NCBI GenBank assembly: GCA_903905325.1
Contig: CAIVGA010000055.1
Span: forward strand, 1 to 61,736
Source: an uncultured bacterium
GTDB taxonomy: Bacteria; Patescibacteriota; Minisyncoccia; Phycocordibacterales; PALSA-1337
Length of the DNA stretch: 61,736 bases
Direction of reading: 5' to 3'
Shown here: one piece after another, positions 1 to 8,563 of the stretch
Position numbering within the stretch: the stretch's first letter is position 1
Layout: each line of letters opens with the position of its first letter
Notes under the pieces: model-generated
What the model saw: only the letters and a program-made list of their open reading frames with translations
What the model was told of the DNA's origin: nothing
Database searches by the model: none
Program-made: the position numbers and the translations under genes

Positions 1-53
1 CGAGATCTACACAGGCGAAGACACTCTTTCCCTACACGACGCTCTTCCGATCT
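1..53. other. Illumina TruSeq universal (P5/i5 side) adapter remnant at contig end; technical, not genomic
   Basis: Exact string CGAGATCTACAC + 8-nt index AGGCGAAG + ACACTCTTTCCCTACACGACGCTCTTCCGATCT. The genomic reading frame starts right after it. Confidence 0.95.
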
Positions 54-55
54 CT

Positions 56-1105
56 ATCAGGCCCACTACCGTTCTATATTTTTACAAACCAAATTGTGGA
101 GATTGTGATAAACAAGGTGATGTACTTACTTATTTACGTCAGCACTACCCAGACAATATAAGAGTTTATTCTTTTGACTATTCCCTAAATACGCCTGCTG
201 TGCAGACTCTGACTGAATTAAATAAAGTGACTAGCGTCATGCCAACAATAGTAGTAGATGGTAAAACATTTGAAGGCTTCCAAACCGTAGATGACATCAT
301 TGCAATGAGTCCAGAAATCACCTCTGATCGTGTACGTATAGTACTTTCTCCGCATCTTGATGATGCAACCTTATCTTTAGGTGGTCTGATAGCCAAATCG
401 ACACATTCCGCAGACTCACCTATTATAGCTACAGTATTTTCAGGCACTCCCAAAGTTGCAACTAGTACTACTTGGGATACAAAATCTGGCTTCAAAAATA
501 GTAATGAAGCCATGTCCACTCGCCTATCAGAAAATAACGATTCGGCATATATTCTTAATTCACAGGTCGTTAATATGGGTTATCTCGACAATGAGTATCG
601 AGGAATCACAGCTACAACCTCATTAGAAAATAAAATTGCTGCAGATATTATAAAATTAATACGAGGTCATGATACTGGTACGTCTTCAATGGAGATTTAT
701 GGACCAGCGGTATTCCCTGGTGACGCTGGACATGTTGATCACACCATCTTACATGATGCTTATATGGATGTTATATCTCAATACAAACCAAAAGGAATTG
801 TGACATTCTTTATTTATGAAGATTTTCCTTACGCAAAAGAAGCTGGCGTTCCAAAGACAGATATCACAAAAACTTTACGCAGTAACGAACCACAATTCTC
901 TTATGCACCAATTTATATTCCACTTACAAAAGATATTGTTTCTACAAAAGAAGATGCTATCAAAGCTTACGGGTCTCAGTTAACGGCCATGGCAGTAAAT
1001 AAAGTTGATATTGCCTCCTCAAGTCTAAACTGGATGAATAATCGTTGTAATGGTCTATTCAAAATTCCCTCTGCGTGTGAGGTTGTATATCAAGTACAAA
1101 AGTAA
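56..1105 (+). CDS. 5'-truncated fusion protein: thioredoxin-fold domain (CGDC motif) + PIG-L/LmbE-family deacetylase domain
   Basis: The frame of ORF 200..1105 stays open back to the adapter junction (..LYFYKPNCGDCDKQGDVLTYLRQHYP..). SPHLDDATLSLGG and GHVDHTILHD match the PIG-L/LmbE PHxDD and HxDH metal motifs. Confidence 0.75.
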   Translation: MRPTTVLYFYKPNCGDCDKQGDVLTYLRQHYPDNIRVYSFDYSLNTPAVQTLTELNKVTSVMPTIVVDGKTFEGFQTVDDIIAMSPEITSDRVRIVLSPHLDDATLSLGGLIAKSTHSADSPIIATVFSGTPKVATSTTWDTKSGFKNSNEAMSTRLSENNDSAYILNSQVVNMGYLDNEYRGITATTSLENKIAADIIKLIRGHDTGTSSMEIYGPAVFPGDAGHVDHTILHDAYMDVISQYKPKGIVTFFIYEDFPYAKEAGVPKTDITKTLRSNEPQFSYAPIYIPLTKDIVSTKEDAIKAYGSQLTAMAVNKVDIASSSLNWMNNRCNGLFKIPSACEVVYQVQK

Positions 1106-1127
1106 TATTTTCTCAAATCTCTTGCTG

Positions 1128-1200
1128 AGCCGCCTCTCAGACTTGAACTGAGGACCTTCGCTTTACAAAAGCGTTGCTCTACCAACTGAGCTAAGGCGGC
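1128..1200 (-). tRNA. tRNA-Thr (anticodon UGU), no encoded CCA
   Basis: The reverse complement folds as a cloverleaf: acceptor GCCGCCT/AGGCGGC, D arm GCTC-AGTTGGTA-GAGC, anticodon arm ACGCT-TTTGTAA-AGCGA, T arm CTCAG-TTCAAGT-CTGAG. Length 73 nt. Confidence 0.92.
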
Positions 1201-1246
1201 ACTAACTAACATTGCATTACTACCAAAACAGCTAAGGCGGCACTAA
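1189..1246 (-). repeat. Direct repeat: first 12 nt of tRNA-Thr plus 5 upstream nt duplicated 41 bp upstream of the gene
   Basis: AGCTAAGGCGGCACTAA occurs at 1189-1205 and again at 1230-1246. The upstream copy continues with degenerate similarity to the D arm (TTGGTAG). Confidence 0.85.
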
Positions 1247-1305
1247 ACTAACGTGCAAGAAATATAACTTAAATTACACAAAAAAGCAAAATTTACGCGA
1301 CATGC

Positions 1306-1325
1306 AAAAACCCCCTTTCGGGGGC
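1306..1325 (-). terminator. Rho-independent terminator downstream of the PKD-repeat gene
   Basis: The minus strand reads GCCCCC-GAAA-GGGGG followed by TTTTTGC. It lies 55 nt past the stop at 1380. Confidence 0.7.
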
Positions 1326-1379
1326 CTAAGCATTATTTGGAGATCACACCCATCGTTTTAGACCAATCACACAGAACTT

Positions 1380-2633
1380 TTAAATTTTCTGGCGATTGAA
1401 CAAGAGATAGAGAACTGTGAAGAATAGAACTAAAATGATGAGTATAGCGATCCAACCCCAAGGAATATTATCTAGAGAAAGTCCTGAGGATGCAGAGAGT
1501 TGGTTGTTGTTCTGTGCAGATTGTACGGAACCTTGAGTAGCAGGTGCTGGTGCCTGAACATTAGTCTGAGTATCAGCTGAGTGATAAACTGCGCCACCAG
1601 ATGAACGGACTGTAAGTGAACTTGAACATGCACGAGTACCAGTTCTACCATCAGCTGATGTAACTGAAAGAATTGCAGTCTTATTACCAGAAGTTGAATA
1701 ATACTTTATAGCTGAACTTTGTGTACCAGACAATCCGTCTGTACCTGTCCAAGAATAAGCATAAGGGGACAAACCACCTGTTACTTGAGCACTCCATGTT
1801 ACTGGCTGATTTATAGAACTAGAAGAAGGGTCAGCGTAACAATCTATATTAAGACCACTTGCATTATTTGAAGTAGAAACTGTAGAGACTGATGGATTTG
1901 TGTAAACGACTTGATTATACGAGTTATTGTATCCGCCTTGATAACTAACAGAAGCAGCGTTCACACAAGCAGCAGAGACGGTTTGATTATTGGATGTAAC
2001 AGTAACAGAGGCTGTTTTGATTCCTGGAGTGTTGTAAACATAAGAAATATTTTGTGAATATCCATACAAACCATCAGTACCTGACCAAGAATATACGTAT
2101 GAACCATTACCACCAGTTACTGTAGCAAACCAATTGGCAGCGGCACCTACAGAAATATTTGAACCATTATTGGTGCTGCAAGTAACTTGCAAATTGCCAA
2201 CATTGTAAACTGGAGGATAATAATTGTTATAAATTAGATAAACATTTACAGGATTACCACAATTTACTGTAGTTGTTTGATTTCCAGAAGTGATAATAAC
2301 CGAAGCATATTTTGTGCCTGGATTATAATAATTTTTCAAAATACTTGAACCAAAACCGGAAAGACCTTCATCACCATTCCAAGTAAATGTATAGACTCCA
2401 TTACCACCCGTAGCTCTTGCATACCAATTAACCGTACCTCCAGTAGAAACTGACGTAGGATTTGAGTAACAAGAACCAATAATAGGATTTTGGTAATAAT
2501 ATGATGGTTGATATGTCTGATAATACACCTGACCATGAGCAGTAACTGCAGAAGCAACGAAGACAATAGCTACAACCGCACAAATACCAGCGATACTGAG
2601 CAAGCTATATGTGATTGTTTTTTTGTTTTTCAT
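1380..2633 (-). CDS. Cell-surface protein with N-terminal signal/TM, three PKD-like repeats and C-terminal TM anchor
   Basis: Three ~95-aa repeats carry TGGNG(S/V)Y.(Y/F).W.G.DGL..... and end in C. Hydrophobic N-terminus and C-terminal IPWGWIAILIILVLFFTVLYLLF. TATAAC lies 8 nt upstream of the ATG. Confidence 0.75.
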   Translation of the reverse strand: MKNKKTITYSLLSIAGICAVVAIVFVASAVTAHGQVYYQTYQPSYYYQNPIIGSCYSNPTSVSTGGTVNWYARATGGNGVYTFTWNGDEGLSGFGSSILKNYYNPGTKYASVIITSGNQTTTVNCGNPVNVYLIYNNYYPPVYNVGNLQVTCSTNNGSNISVGAAANWFATVTGGNGSYVYSWSGTDGLYGYSQNISYVYNTPGIKTASVTVTSNNQTVSAACVNAASVSYQGGYNNSYNQVVYTNPSVSTVSTSNNASGLNIDCYADPSSSSINQPVTWSAQVTGGLSPYAYSWTGTDGLSGTQSSAIKYYSTSGNKTAILSVTSADGRTGTRACSSSLTVRSSGGAVYHSADTQTNVQAPAPATQGSVQSAQNNNQLSASSGLSLDNIPWGWIAILIILVLFFTVLYLLFNRQKI

Positions 2634-2754
2634 AAAATTTTGTTATATGGCTCTGCTGAGCCGTGGATAGTCACCTACCCATTGATTAATTTTTAATACT
2701 CGTATTGTATACTAAATCCCTAAAAAAGTCAAGGGGTAAGGAAAATAATCTATT

Positions 2755-2830
2755 TGGTGCCGAGGACCAGGATCGAACTGGTGACCCTTCCCTCTTCAGG
2801 GGAATGCTCTACCAACTGAGCTACCTCGGC
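2755..2830 (-). tRNA. tRNA-Phe (anticodon GAA) with encoded CCA
   Basis: Reverse complement GCCGAGGTAGCTCAGTTGGTAGAGCATTCCCCTGAAGAGGGAAGGGTCACCAGTTCGATCCTGGTCCTCGGCACCA. Canonical cloverleaf, 76 nt. Confidence 0.93.
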
Positions 2831-2875
2831 GTGAGGACGATGTGTGAAGAATAAAATTTAAAAACAACTACAGAA

Positions 2876-3145
2876 CTACTTTGACAGCATGGCTTTTATT
2901 TGGTTAATAGCCTGCGATGCTTGTACTGGACCGGTCTGTGACATAGCAGACGAATTCATGATATTAGTCAAGAACGGCTGAATGACAAGATACGATCCAA
3001 AACTCAAGGCTATAATGACAACCCAATAAAAAATCCTAAATGCTAATGACAAACGATCTGAGCGTCTTAGACCTCTGAGAATATGGTTATTCTCTTCAGC
3101 CAACTTATGTGTACGCTCGAGCAAGGACTTTTCTTCTGGCGTCAT
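2876..3145 (-). CDS. Small membrane protein, unknown function
   Basis: 89-aa ORF with a charged helical N-terminus and one TM segment (FRIFYWVVIIALSFGSYLVI). No recognisable motif. Confidence 0.5.
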   Translation of the reverse strand: MTPEEKSLLERTHKLAEENNHILRGLRRSDRLSLAFRIFYWVVIIALSFGSYLVIQPFLTNIMNSSAMSQTGPVQASQAINQIKAMLSK

Positions 3146-3232
3146 TGCGACACTATACCAGATTTATATTCATGACGGAAGTGTGATAATCTAAAGCGGA
3201 AGTATCTAAACTTCCAATCAAATTCTCATATC

Positions 3233-3304
3233 GCCCTCGTAGTTCAACGGATAGAACAGCTCCGTCCTAAGGAGTAGATGTAGGTTCAATTCCTGCCGGG
3301 GGTA
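3233..3304 (+). tRNA. tRNA-Arg (anticodon CCU), no encoded CCA
   Basis: GCCCTCG-TA-GTTC-AACGGATA-GAAC-A-GCTCC-GTCCTAA-GGAGT-AGATG-GTAGG-TTCAATT-CCTGC-CGGGGGT-A. Length 72 nt. Confidence 0.85.
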
Positions 3305-3399
3305 CAAAGATTTTGCAAAAAAGATATAAACATGTTTTCAACATTTTGGACCTATAATCTAGCGCGCACCGACAGAAAATTATTGTTATAATGTCGCCA

Positions 3400-4077
3400 A
3401 TGAAAATACTTGTAGTAGAGGACGACAAAGGAGTTTCAGAGATGTTAAGAAAAGGGCTTTCTGCATCTTCCCATGTCGTCGAAATAGCTGAGGATGGAAA
3501 TGAAGGTTCATTCCTAGCGAGAAATTATGAGTATGATGCGATACTCCTAGATTATTCCATTCCACACAAAAATGGTTTGGCATTATGTCGTGAAATTAGG
3601 GGCTCCGGAAAAACTACACCGATCATTTTTCTATCAGTAATGAGTGACACACAGACCAAGGTCAGTGCACTTGAACAAGGTGCTGATGATTATGTTACAA
3701 AGCCATTTTCCATAGACGAATTACAAGCAAGATTGAAAGCGGTTTCGAGACGACCGAATCAGGTCAACAGACAAAATATTTTGAAGGTTGGCGACCTAAT
3801 ACTAGATACAGACCGCCAAACTGTCACATTGTCAGGTAAAATTATTCACATAACAAGAAAAGAGTTTAGTTTACTCGAATACATGATGAGAAATGCTGGA
3901 GTGGTATTATCACGTGCCATGATTATGGAGCATGTATGGACTTCAGATACTGATCCTTTATCAAACACTGTCGAATCTCATATCCGCAACCTAAGAAAGA
4001 AATTATCTCAAAAGAATAAGTCCAGTATGATAAAAAACGTCACCGGACGAGGTTATTGTATAAAATGTGTCGAATAA
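3400..4077 (+). CDS. OmpR/PhoB-family response regulator (receiver + winged-helix DNA-binding domain)
   Basis: MKILVVEDD..DAILLDYSIPHKNG..T(P)IIFLS..KPF receiver motifs. C-terminal ..ITRKEFSLLEYMMRN..VESHIRNLRKK.. winged helix. The start was moved from 3391 to 3400 because TATAAT at 3387-3392 overlaps the first ATG and sits 7 nt before the second. Confidence 0.9.
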   Translation: MKILVVEDDKGVSEMLRKGLSASSHVVEIAEDGNEGSFLARNYEYDAILLDYSIPHKNGLALCREIRGSGKTTPIIFLSVMSDTQTKVSALEQGADDYVTKPFSIDELQARLKAVSRRPNQVNRQNILKVGDLILDTDRQTVTLSGKIIHITRKEFSLLEYMMRNAGVVLSRAMIMEHVWTSDTDPLSNTVESHIRNLRKKLSQKNKSSMIKNVTGRGYCIKCVE

Positions 4078-4089
4078 AATCCTGTCTTT

Positions 4090-4139
4090 CTTCATAATTT
4101 CTTTGGCAAATATTCATAAAAAATTCATCAAATACTCAT
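4090..4139 (+). promoter_or_regulatory. Five 11-bp-phased hexamers (CTTCAT / CTTTGG / ATTCAT / ATTCAT / ACTCAT); candidate response-regulator binding array
   Basis: Hexamers start at 4090, 4101, 4112, 4123 and 4134, exactly 11 bp apart. They lie between the regulator stop and the kinase start. Confidence 0.4.
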
Positions 4140-4242
4140 CGCCACAGAATAAAATGTGTAAAGTTATGTGTCGACATAACTCTTATTATTTCAATGGTGA
4201 TAATATGACTGGTTCATCTTCCAAAACCCATAAATAAACGAG

Positions 4243-4276
4243 ATCTCTCACATTCCATGGCAGGCGTGTGAGAGAT
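4243..4276 (+). terminator. Perfect 10-bp hairpin followed by TTTCGTTT between regulator and kinase genes (attenuator or partial terminator)
   Basis: ATCTCTCACA at 4243-4252 pairs with TGTGAGAGAT at 4267-4276, with a 14-nt loop. The T-rich tail ends 13 nt before the kinase ATG. Confidence 0.4.
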
Positions 4277-4292
4277 TTCGTTTAGAACATCC

Positions 4293-5162
4293 ATGTCTAC
4301 AGATATAATCACAATAATTGGAGTCATATTCTTCATCGGATTTATTGCTTGGATTTCAAATCGTGAATCAATAAGATCCAAAGAACACGTAAAAAAATCT
4401 GAAGCTATTCTAGGGTATAGCAAGTCTTTTTTAGACAAAAATCTGATGATAGTTAATCGCTCCAAAATAAGTGAGCTTGAACAAAAGGCCCAGTTTGGTG
4501 AAATCTCTAGAGGAATAATTCATGACATGATTAGCCCCCTTTCATCAATGTCCATGTATGTTGAAAGAATGAGTGAAAAAAGTGGTAGCTCTATAAATGA
4601 AACAAGAGATATGCTAAATAAAACCGTTACGGCTTCACAACGTATGCAATCTTACATGGAAAGTATACGACATGGATTATCCTGTGATAAAACAACAAAC
4701 AAAATCGAGAATGTTAATATAACCAAGGAAATAAAAATTGTTCAAGACTTATTGGCATATAAAGCCCGAATGGCTGGTGTGAAATTTATAATGAAGTGTC
4801 ACAAAATTTGTGTGCAGACCAAACCAATATACATACATCAAATTGTGTTAAATCTAACCTCAAATGCAATTGAGGCTTTTGAAAATAGTGCATCAAATAA
4901 AGAAAATATTATAGCTATATCAGTCAAAAAGATTGATCAATCAAAAATATTTATAGAAATTGCAGACAATGGCTGTGGGATTAAAGAGGAAGATAAAATC
5001 TTGATACTTAGTGACAATTTTTCACGCAAGGGTTCTATGAGAGGTATCGGACTTATGACAGTAAAAAGAATTGTGGAACAAGAACTTCATGGAAGTATTT
5101 CATACAAAAGCGAAGTTGGAAAAGGTACGACGTTCATTATCAAAATTCCAGCTGGTCTTTAG
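4293..5162 (+). CDS. Sensor histidine kinase (one N-terminal TM, HisKA + HATPase_c)
   Basis: H-box IIHDMISPLSS, N-box LNLTSNAIEAF, G1 DNGCGI, G2 GIGL..GKGTTF. Confidence 0.88.
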   Translation: MSTDIITIIGVIFFIGFIAWISNRESIRSKEHVKKSEAILGYSKSFLDKNLMIVNRSKISELEQKAQFGEISRGIIHDMISPLSSMSMYVERMSEKSGSSINETRDMLNKTVTASQRMQSYMESIRHGLSCDKTTNKIENVNITKEIKIVQDLLAYKARMAGVKFIMKCHKICVQTKPIYIHQIVLNLTSNAIEAFENSASNKENIIAISVKKIDQSKIFIEIADNGCGIKEEDKILILSDNFSRKGSMRGIGLMTVKRIVEQELHGSISYKSEVGKGTTFIIKIPAGL

Positions 5163-5172
5163 ATATTGATGA

Positions 5173-5985
5173 CTATTTTGCTGGTATTTTTATACTTTGT
5201 ACATCTCTAGCAGCTTTTCTATAACTACAATAGTCACATAATTTTGCTGGCTTAGGTTTTTCCTCTGACATCAAACATTCTTTGATGTCGACAAGAGCTT
5301 TTTCAACCCATTTATCATCTCCGGTATAAGGAATCAAATCAATATCAAATTCTAGTTTTGCATCAAAAGCCTCGCGGTCAGTTTTGCCATTACAGTAAAC
5401 GAAGTACCCTGTTGGCGAAACTTTGAAGCCATTTTGACGGAAAAGCCATTGGTAAACTTCCATCTGGCGCTTGTAGCCAATTTGCCATTCCTTATCCAAA
5501 GAGACTTTTTCTTCTTTACTCGTGGCCTTGTAGTCAACAATAATAACTTCACCTTTATTTTCTCCTTTTTCATTGACCCAAATATCGTCGATGGCACCAG
5601 TTATTAGAAGATTTGTTTTTTCATGAATAAAACGTATACCTTTGAAATTACTCCTCCAAAGATCCAAGTCTTCATGTCGAAAAGGTATGACGTTTTTGAG
5701 ACCATATGCATTCATGAGAGGATGGGCACGTTGCTTTGCGCGATTTATGTCAAATTCCTTTTTAAGAAGAAGATCGACTGCAGAATTCAAAGCAAAAGGA
5801 AAACCTGGTGGTCTACCGACTCCGAGACGACAATCCAAATAGAAACAAAGTGGACAGTTTAGGAAAAGATCGATTTTCGAACGACTAATACGAAAAGGTT
5901 CGGCCTCTTTAGGGTCAAAGAGATTGCGAGTTCTGCGAGAATTATAATAGTCAGACATAAGTTCATTATAACAAAAATCACCCAA
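5173..5985 (-). CDS. PD-(D/E)XK nuclease superfamily protein (Cas4/RecB-like, with Cys cluster)
   Basis: AIDDIW ... IIVDYKAT ... YKRQMEVYQW core plus N-terminal CPLC and C-terminal CDYC cysteines. The start could instead be M10 at 5958. Confidence 0.65.
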   Translation of the reverse strand: MGDFCYNELMSDYYNSRRTRNLFDPKEAEPFRISRSKIDLFLNCPLCFYLDCRLGVGRPPGFPFALNSAVDLLLKKEFDINRAKQRAHPLMNAYGLKNVIPFRHEDLDLWRSNFKGIRFIHEKTNLLITGAIDDIWVNEKGENKGEVIIVDYKATSKEEKVSLDKEWQIGYKRQMEVYQWLFRQNGFKVSPTGYFVYCNGKTDREAFDAKLEFDIDLIPYTGDDKWVEKALVDIKECLMSEEKPKPAKLCDYCSYRKAARDVQSIKIPAK

Positions 5986-6058
5986 GAGTACTTCACCGTG
6001 TACACCGTATTGGAATTCGGACTCATAATACTAATGGTGTAATTGGAGAGCAAAAAAA

Positions 6059-7069
6059 TTATTCATCCACATCTACGGCCCCAACTTCCCCTTTTCCAGC
6101 TTTTCCTTCTTCACCTCCCCCATTTTTTTCATAAGCATGTAGCGCATCAATAATCGGCTGTAACTTACCCTGCAAAATAATAGGAATATTATGCCAAGAT
6201 TCTTTTATACGATGATCGGTAATGCGGTCCTGTGGAAAATTGTAAGTGCGAATCTTTTCAGAACGATCGCCTGTACCGATTTGACCCTTGCGATGAGCAG
6301 CAAATTTATTTATATCTTCTTGTTCTTTGAGAGCGGCAAGACGAGAAGTAAGCAGATTGAGAGCGTGTTCACGGTTGGCACTTTGACTACGTTCAACAGT
6401 AGAACGCACATCCATACCAGTTGGCTTATGAATAATACGTACAGCCGACTCAACCTTGTTCACATTCTGACCACCTTTTCCACCAGCGCGAGAAAATTCT
6501 ATTTCCAGATCTGCAGGATTTATAACGAAAGTAGTTTTCTTGCGGATCGGCATAATGGCGACAGTGACAGTAGAAGTATGAACACGCCCCATTTTTTCTG
6601 TCTCTGGTACACGCTGAACACGATGCACACCAGTTTCCCATTGCAAATCTTCATAAACACCATCACCCTTTAGCTCAAGAGAAGCTTCCTTATAACCTCC
6701 GAGATCATTCTTTGATTCTTCGGTAATACGGGTCGCCCAACCACGCGCTTCGGCATAGCGCTTATACATTTCCAAAAGTTCAGCCGCGAAAAGGGCTGCT
6801 TCATCACCACCAGCACCAGCACGAACTTCGAGCACAGCTTCGCGAGGTCTTTCATCTTCTACAACTTCAGAGGCAATAATAGAATCCATTTCTGCAAGCA
6901 AAGATTTCTTCTGCTCAGCAATAGAAGCAAAATCACTGTCAGCCAACTCTTTCATCGTCGGATCTGCTTTTATAGTTACATGCAAATCAGCCTCGTCTTT
7001 CTCGAGTTTTTCATATAGACCAGCAAGAAAAGCAGTCTTTGGGTTTGATTTGTAAGCGTCGAGGTTCAC
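6059..7069 (-). CDS. prfA: Peptide chain release factor 1 with a short acidic/Gly-rich C-terminal tail
   Basis: [20 protein letters not shown] (GGQ motif). [25 protein letters not shown] carries an RF1-type P.T tripeptide context. Confidence 0.9.
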   Translation of the reverse strand: MNLDAYKSNPKTAFLAGLYEKLEKDEADLHVTIKADPTMKELADSDFASIAEQKKSLLAEMDSIIASEVVEDERPREAVLEVRAGAGGDEAALFAAELLEMYKRYAEARGWATRITEESKNDLGGYKEASLELKGDGVYEDLQWETGVHRVQRVPETEKMGRVHTSTVTVAIMPIRKKTTFVINPADLEIEFSRAGGKGGQNVNKVESAVRIIHKPTGMDVRSTVERSQSANREHALNLLTSRLAALKEQEDINKFAAHRKGQIGTGDRSEKIRTYNFPQDRITDHRIKESWHNIPIILQGKLQPIIDALHAYEKNGGGEEGKAGKGEVGAVDVDE

Positions 7070-7072
7070 AAT

Positions 7073-7330
7073 CTATTTTTTCGTCGCCTTGGCCATGCGG
7101 TTCTTGAATTTCTCAACACGACCGGCTGTGTCGATAGTCTTGTCCTGATTTGTGTAAAAAGGATGAGAAGCACTGGAGATTTCTACGTGATAAGCGGGGT
7201 AATCCTTACCATCTGTCCACTTTTCTGTCTCCTTGGTCTCGATAGTAGAAGGTATGAGAAATTTGGCACCGCTAGAATTGTCGGCAAAAATAACTGGGCG
7301 GTAATTGGCTGGATGAATGTCTTTTTTCAT
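7073..7330 (-). CDS. rpmE: 50S ribosomal protein L31, type B (no CxxC zinc motif)
   Basis: [15 protein letters not shown]...[27 protein letters not shown]. The start is set at the internal Met because TGcTATATT sits 8 nt upstream of it. Confidence 0.9.
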   Translation of the reverse strand: MKKDIHPANYRPVIFADNSSGAKFLIPSTIETKETEKWTDGKDYPAYHVEISSASHPFYTNQDKTIDTAGRVEKFKNRMAKATKK

Positions 7331-7366
7331 ATGGAAATAATATAGCACATGTTATAATAAACGCAA

Positions 7367-8563
7367 ATGAATAACCCAAACACTCGGCCACATAGTCGAA
7401 CGCACGTCATTTATACTATCGCGGTTATAGGTTTCATTTATACCCTACATTTGGTTATACCAATGTACTCCAATTCGAGTTTCCTAGAACTTTTTACTGA
7501 CAAAAAGACAGTAGATTATATATACATGCTTGGCGCAGCTGTCTCTATTTTAGGTTTTTTAATCATCCCCGAAATCATCCGCAGAGTTGGAAATTATTAC
7601 ACCGCACTATATCTCGTAGTTATACAAATTATTCTCTTTTTCATCCTTGTTTCAACAAAATCACCAGGAGTTTTGCTAACGACCTTTATTTTACAAACAG
7701 CCGTTATTTCCCTAATTGGTCTTTGTTTAGATATTTTTCTTGAAGCTTATACAGACGGTATGCACGTCGGCACAATCAGAGGAATGTATACCGCGACACT
7801 CAATGCTTCGTGGATTATTGCTCCACTTATTGGAAGCATGATAATAAACGGCAACAGTAATTATCACAATACTTATATTGCAGCATTGTGGATGCTTTTT
7901 CCTCTTCTATATCTTATATATTGTAATTTTCCCAAATTCAAAGATCCTAACTATACACATCTTTCACCTTGGCAATTGATCAAGCACGTTAGTCATAATA
8001 AAAACTGGGTAAAATTATTTACAGCAAATACTATATTGCAGGTCTTTTATGCTTGGATGACGGTTTATAGTACGATTTATCTTCATATGACAATGGGATT
8101 TAGTTGGGAGGCAATGGGCATAATCATTGCAATCATGTTAATTCCGTTTCCTATCATTCAATACCCCCTTGGAAAATTAGCCGACATGAAATATGGTGAA
8201 AAAGAAATCATGATAGTCGGTTTTGCTTTGATGGGTGTCACGACTATTTGCTTATCCTTCATCCACGTACCAAGTATTGTGCTATGGGCCGGAGGCTTAT
8301 TCCTCACTCGCGTAGGTGCGGCTGCTGCGGAAGTTATGATAGAAACATATTTCTTCAAAACTGTTTCCTTACGTGACACAGCGGCACTTGGGTTGTTCCG
8401 AGTTACACGTCAAATATCATATTTTATAGCACCACTCATAAGTATTGCTGCAGGATTTCTCTTGGCAAAATATTTCGCCAGCGACGCCTATATGTTCGCA
8501 GTAATTGGACTTATTTCTCTTACAGCACTTATACCAATCGCGTCTATAAGAGATACAAATTAA
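7367..8563 (+). CDS. MFS-type transporter (about 12 TM segments)
   Basis: 398 aa and hydrophobic throughout with a two-halves organisation. Extended -10 TGtTATAAT at 7350-7358 lies 8 nt before the ATG. Confidence 0.65.
   Translation: MNNPNTRPHSRTHVIYTIAVIGFIYTLHLVIPMYSNSSFLELFTDKKTVDYIYMLGAAVSILGFLIIPEIIRRVGNYYTALYLVVIQIILFFILVSTKSPGVLLTTFILQTAVISLIGLCLDIFLEAYTDGMHVGTIRGMYTATLNASWIIAPLIGSMIINGNSNYHNTYIAALWMLFPLLYLIYCNFPKFKDPNYTHLSPWQLIKHVSHNKNWVKLFTANTILQVFYAWMTVYSTIYLHMTMGFSWEAMGIIIAIMLIPFPIIQYPLGKLADMKYGEKEIMIVGFALMGVTTICLSFIHVPSIVLWAGGLFLTRVGAAAAEVMIETYFFKTVSLRDTAALGLFRVTRQISYFIAPLISIAAGFLLAKYFASDAYMFAVIGLISLTALIPIASIRDTN

Noticed and set aside
6191-6673. Antisense or alternative-frame ORFs inside well-supported genes (for example 6191..6673, 8719..9108, 10240..10521, 16576..16887, 28107..28484, 35958..36335, 43836..44210, 46515..46946, 47600..47950, 55280..55576)
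   Set aside because: Each lies wholly within a strongly supported conserved CDS on the opposite strand or in another frame. Their composition is typical of shadow ORFs (Ser/Arg/Leu-rich, no motifs).
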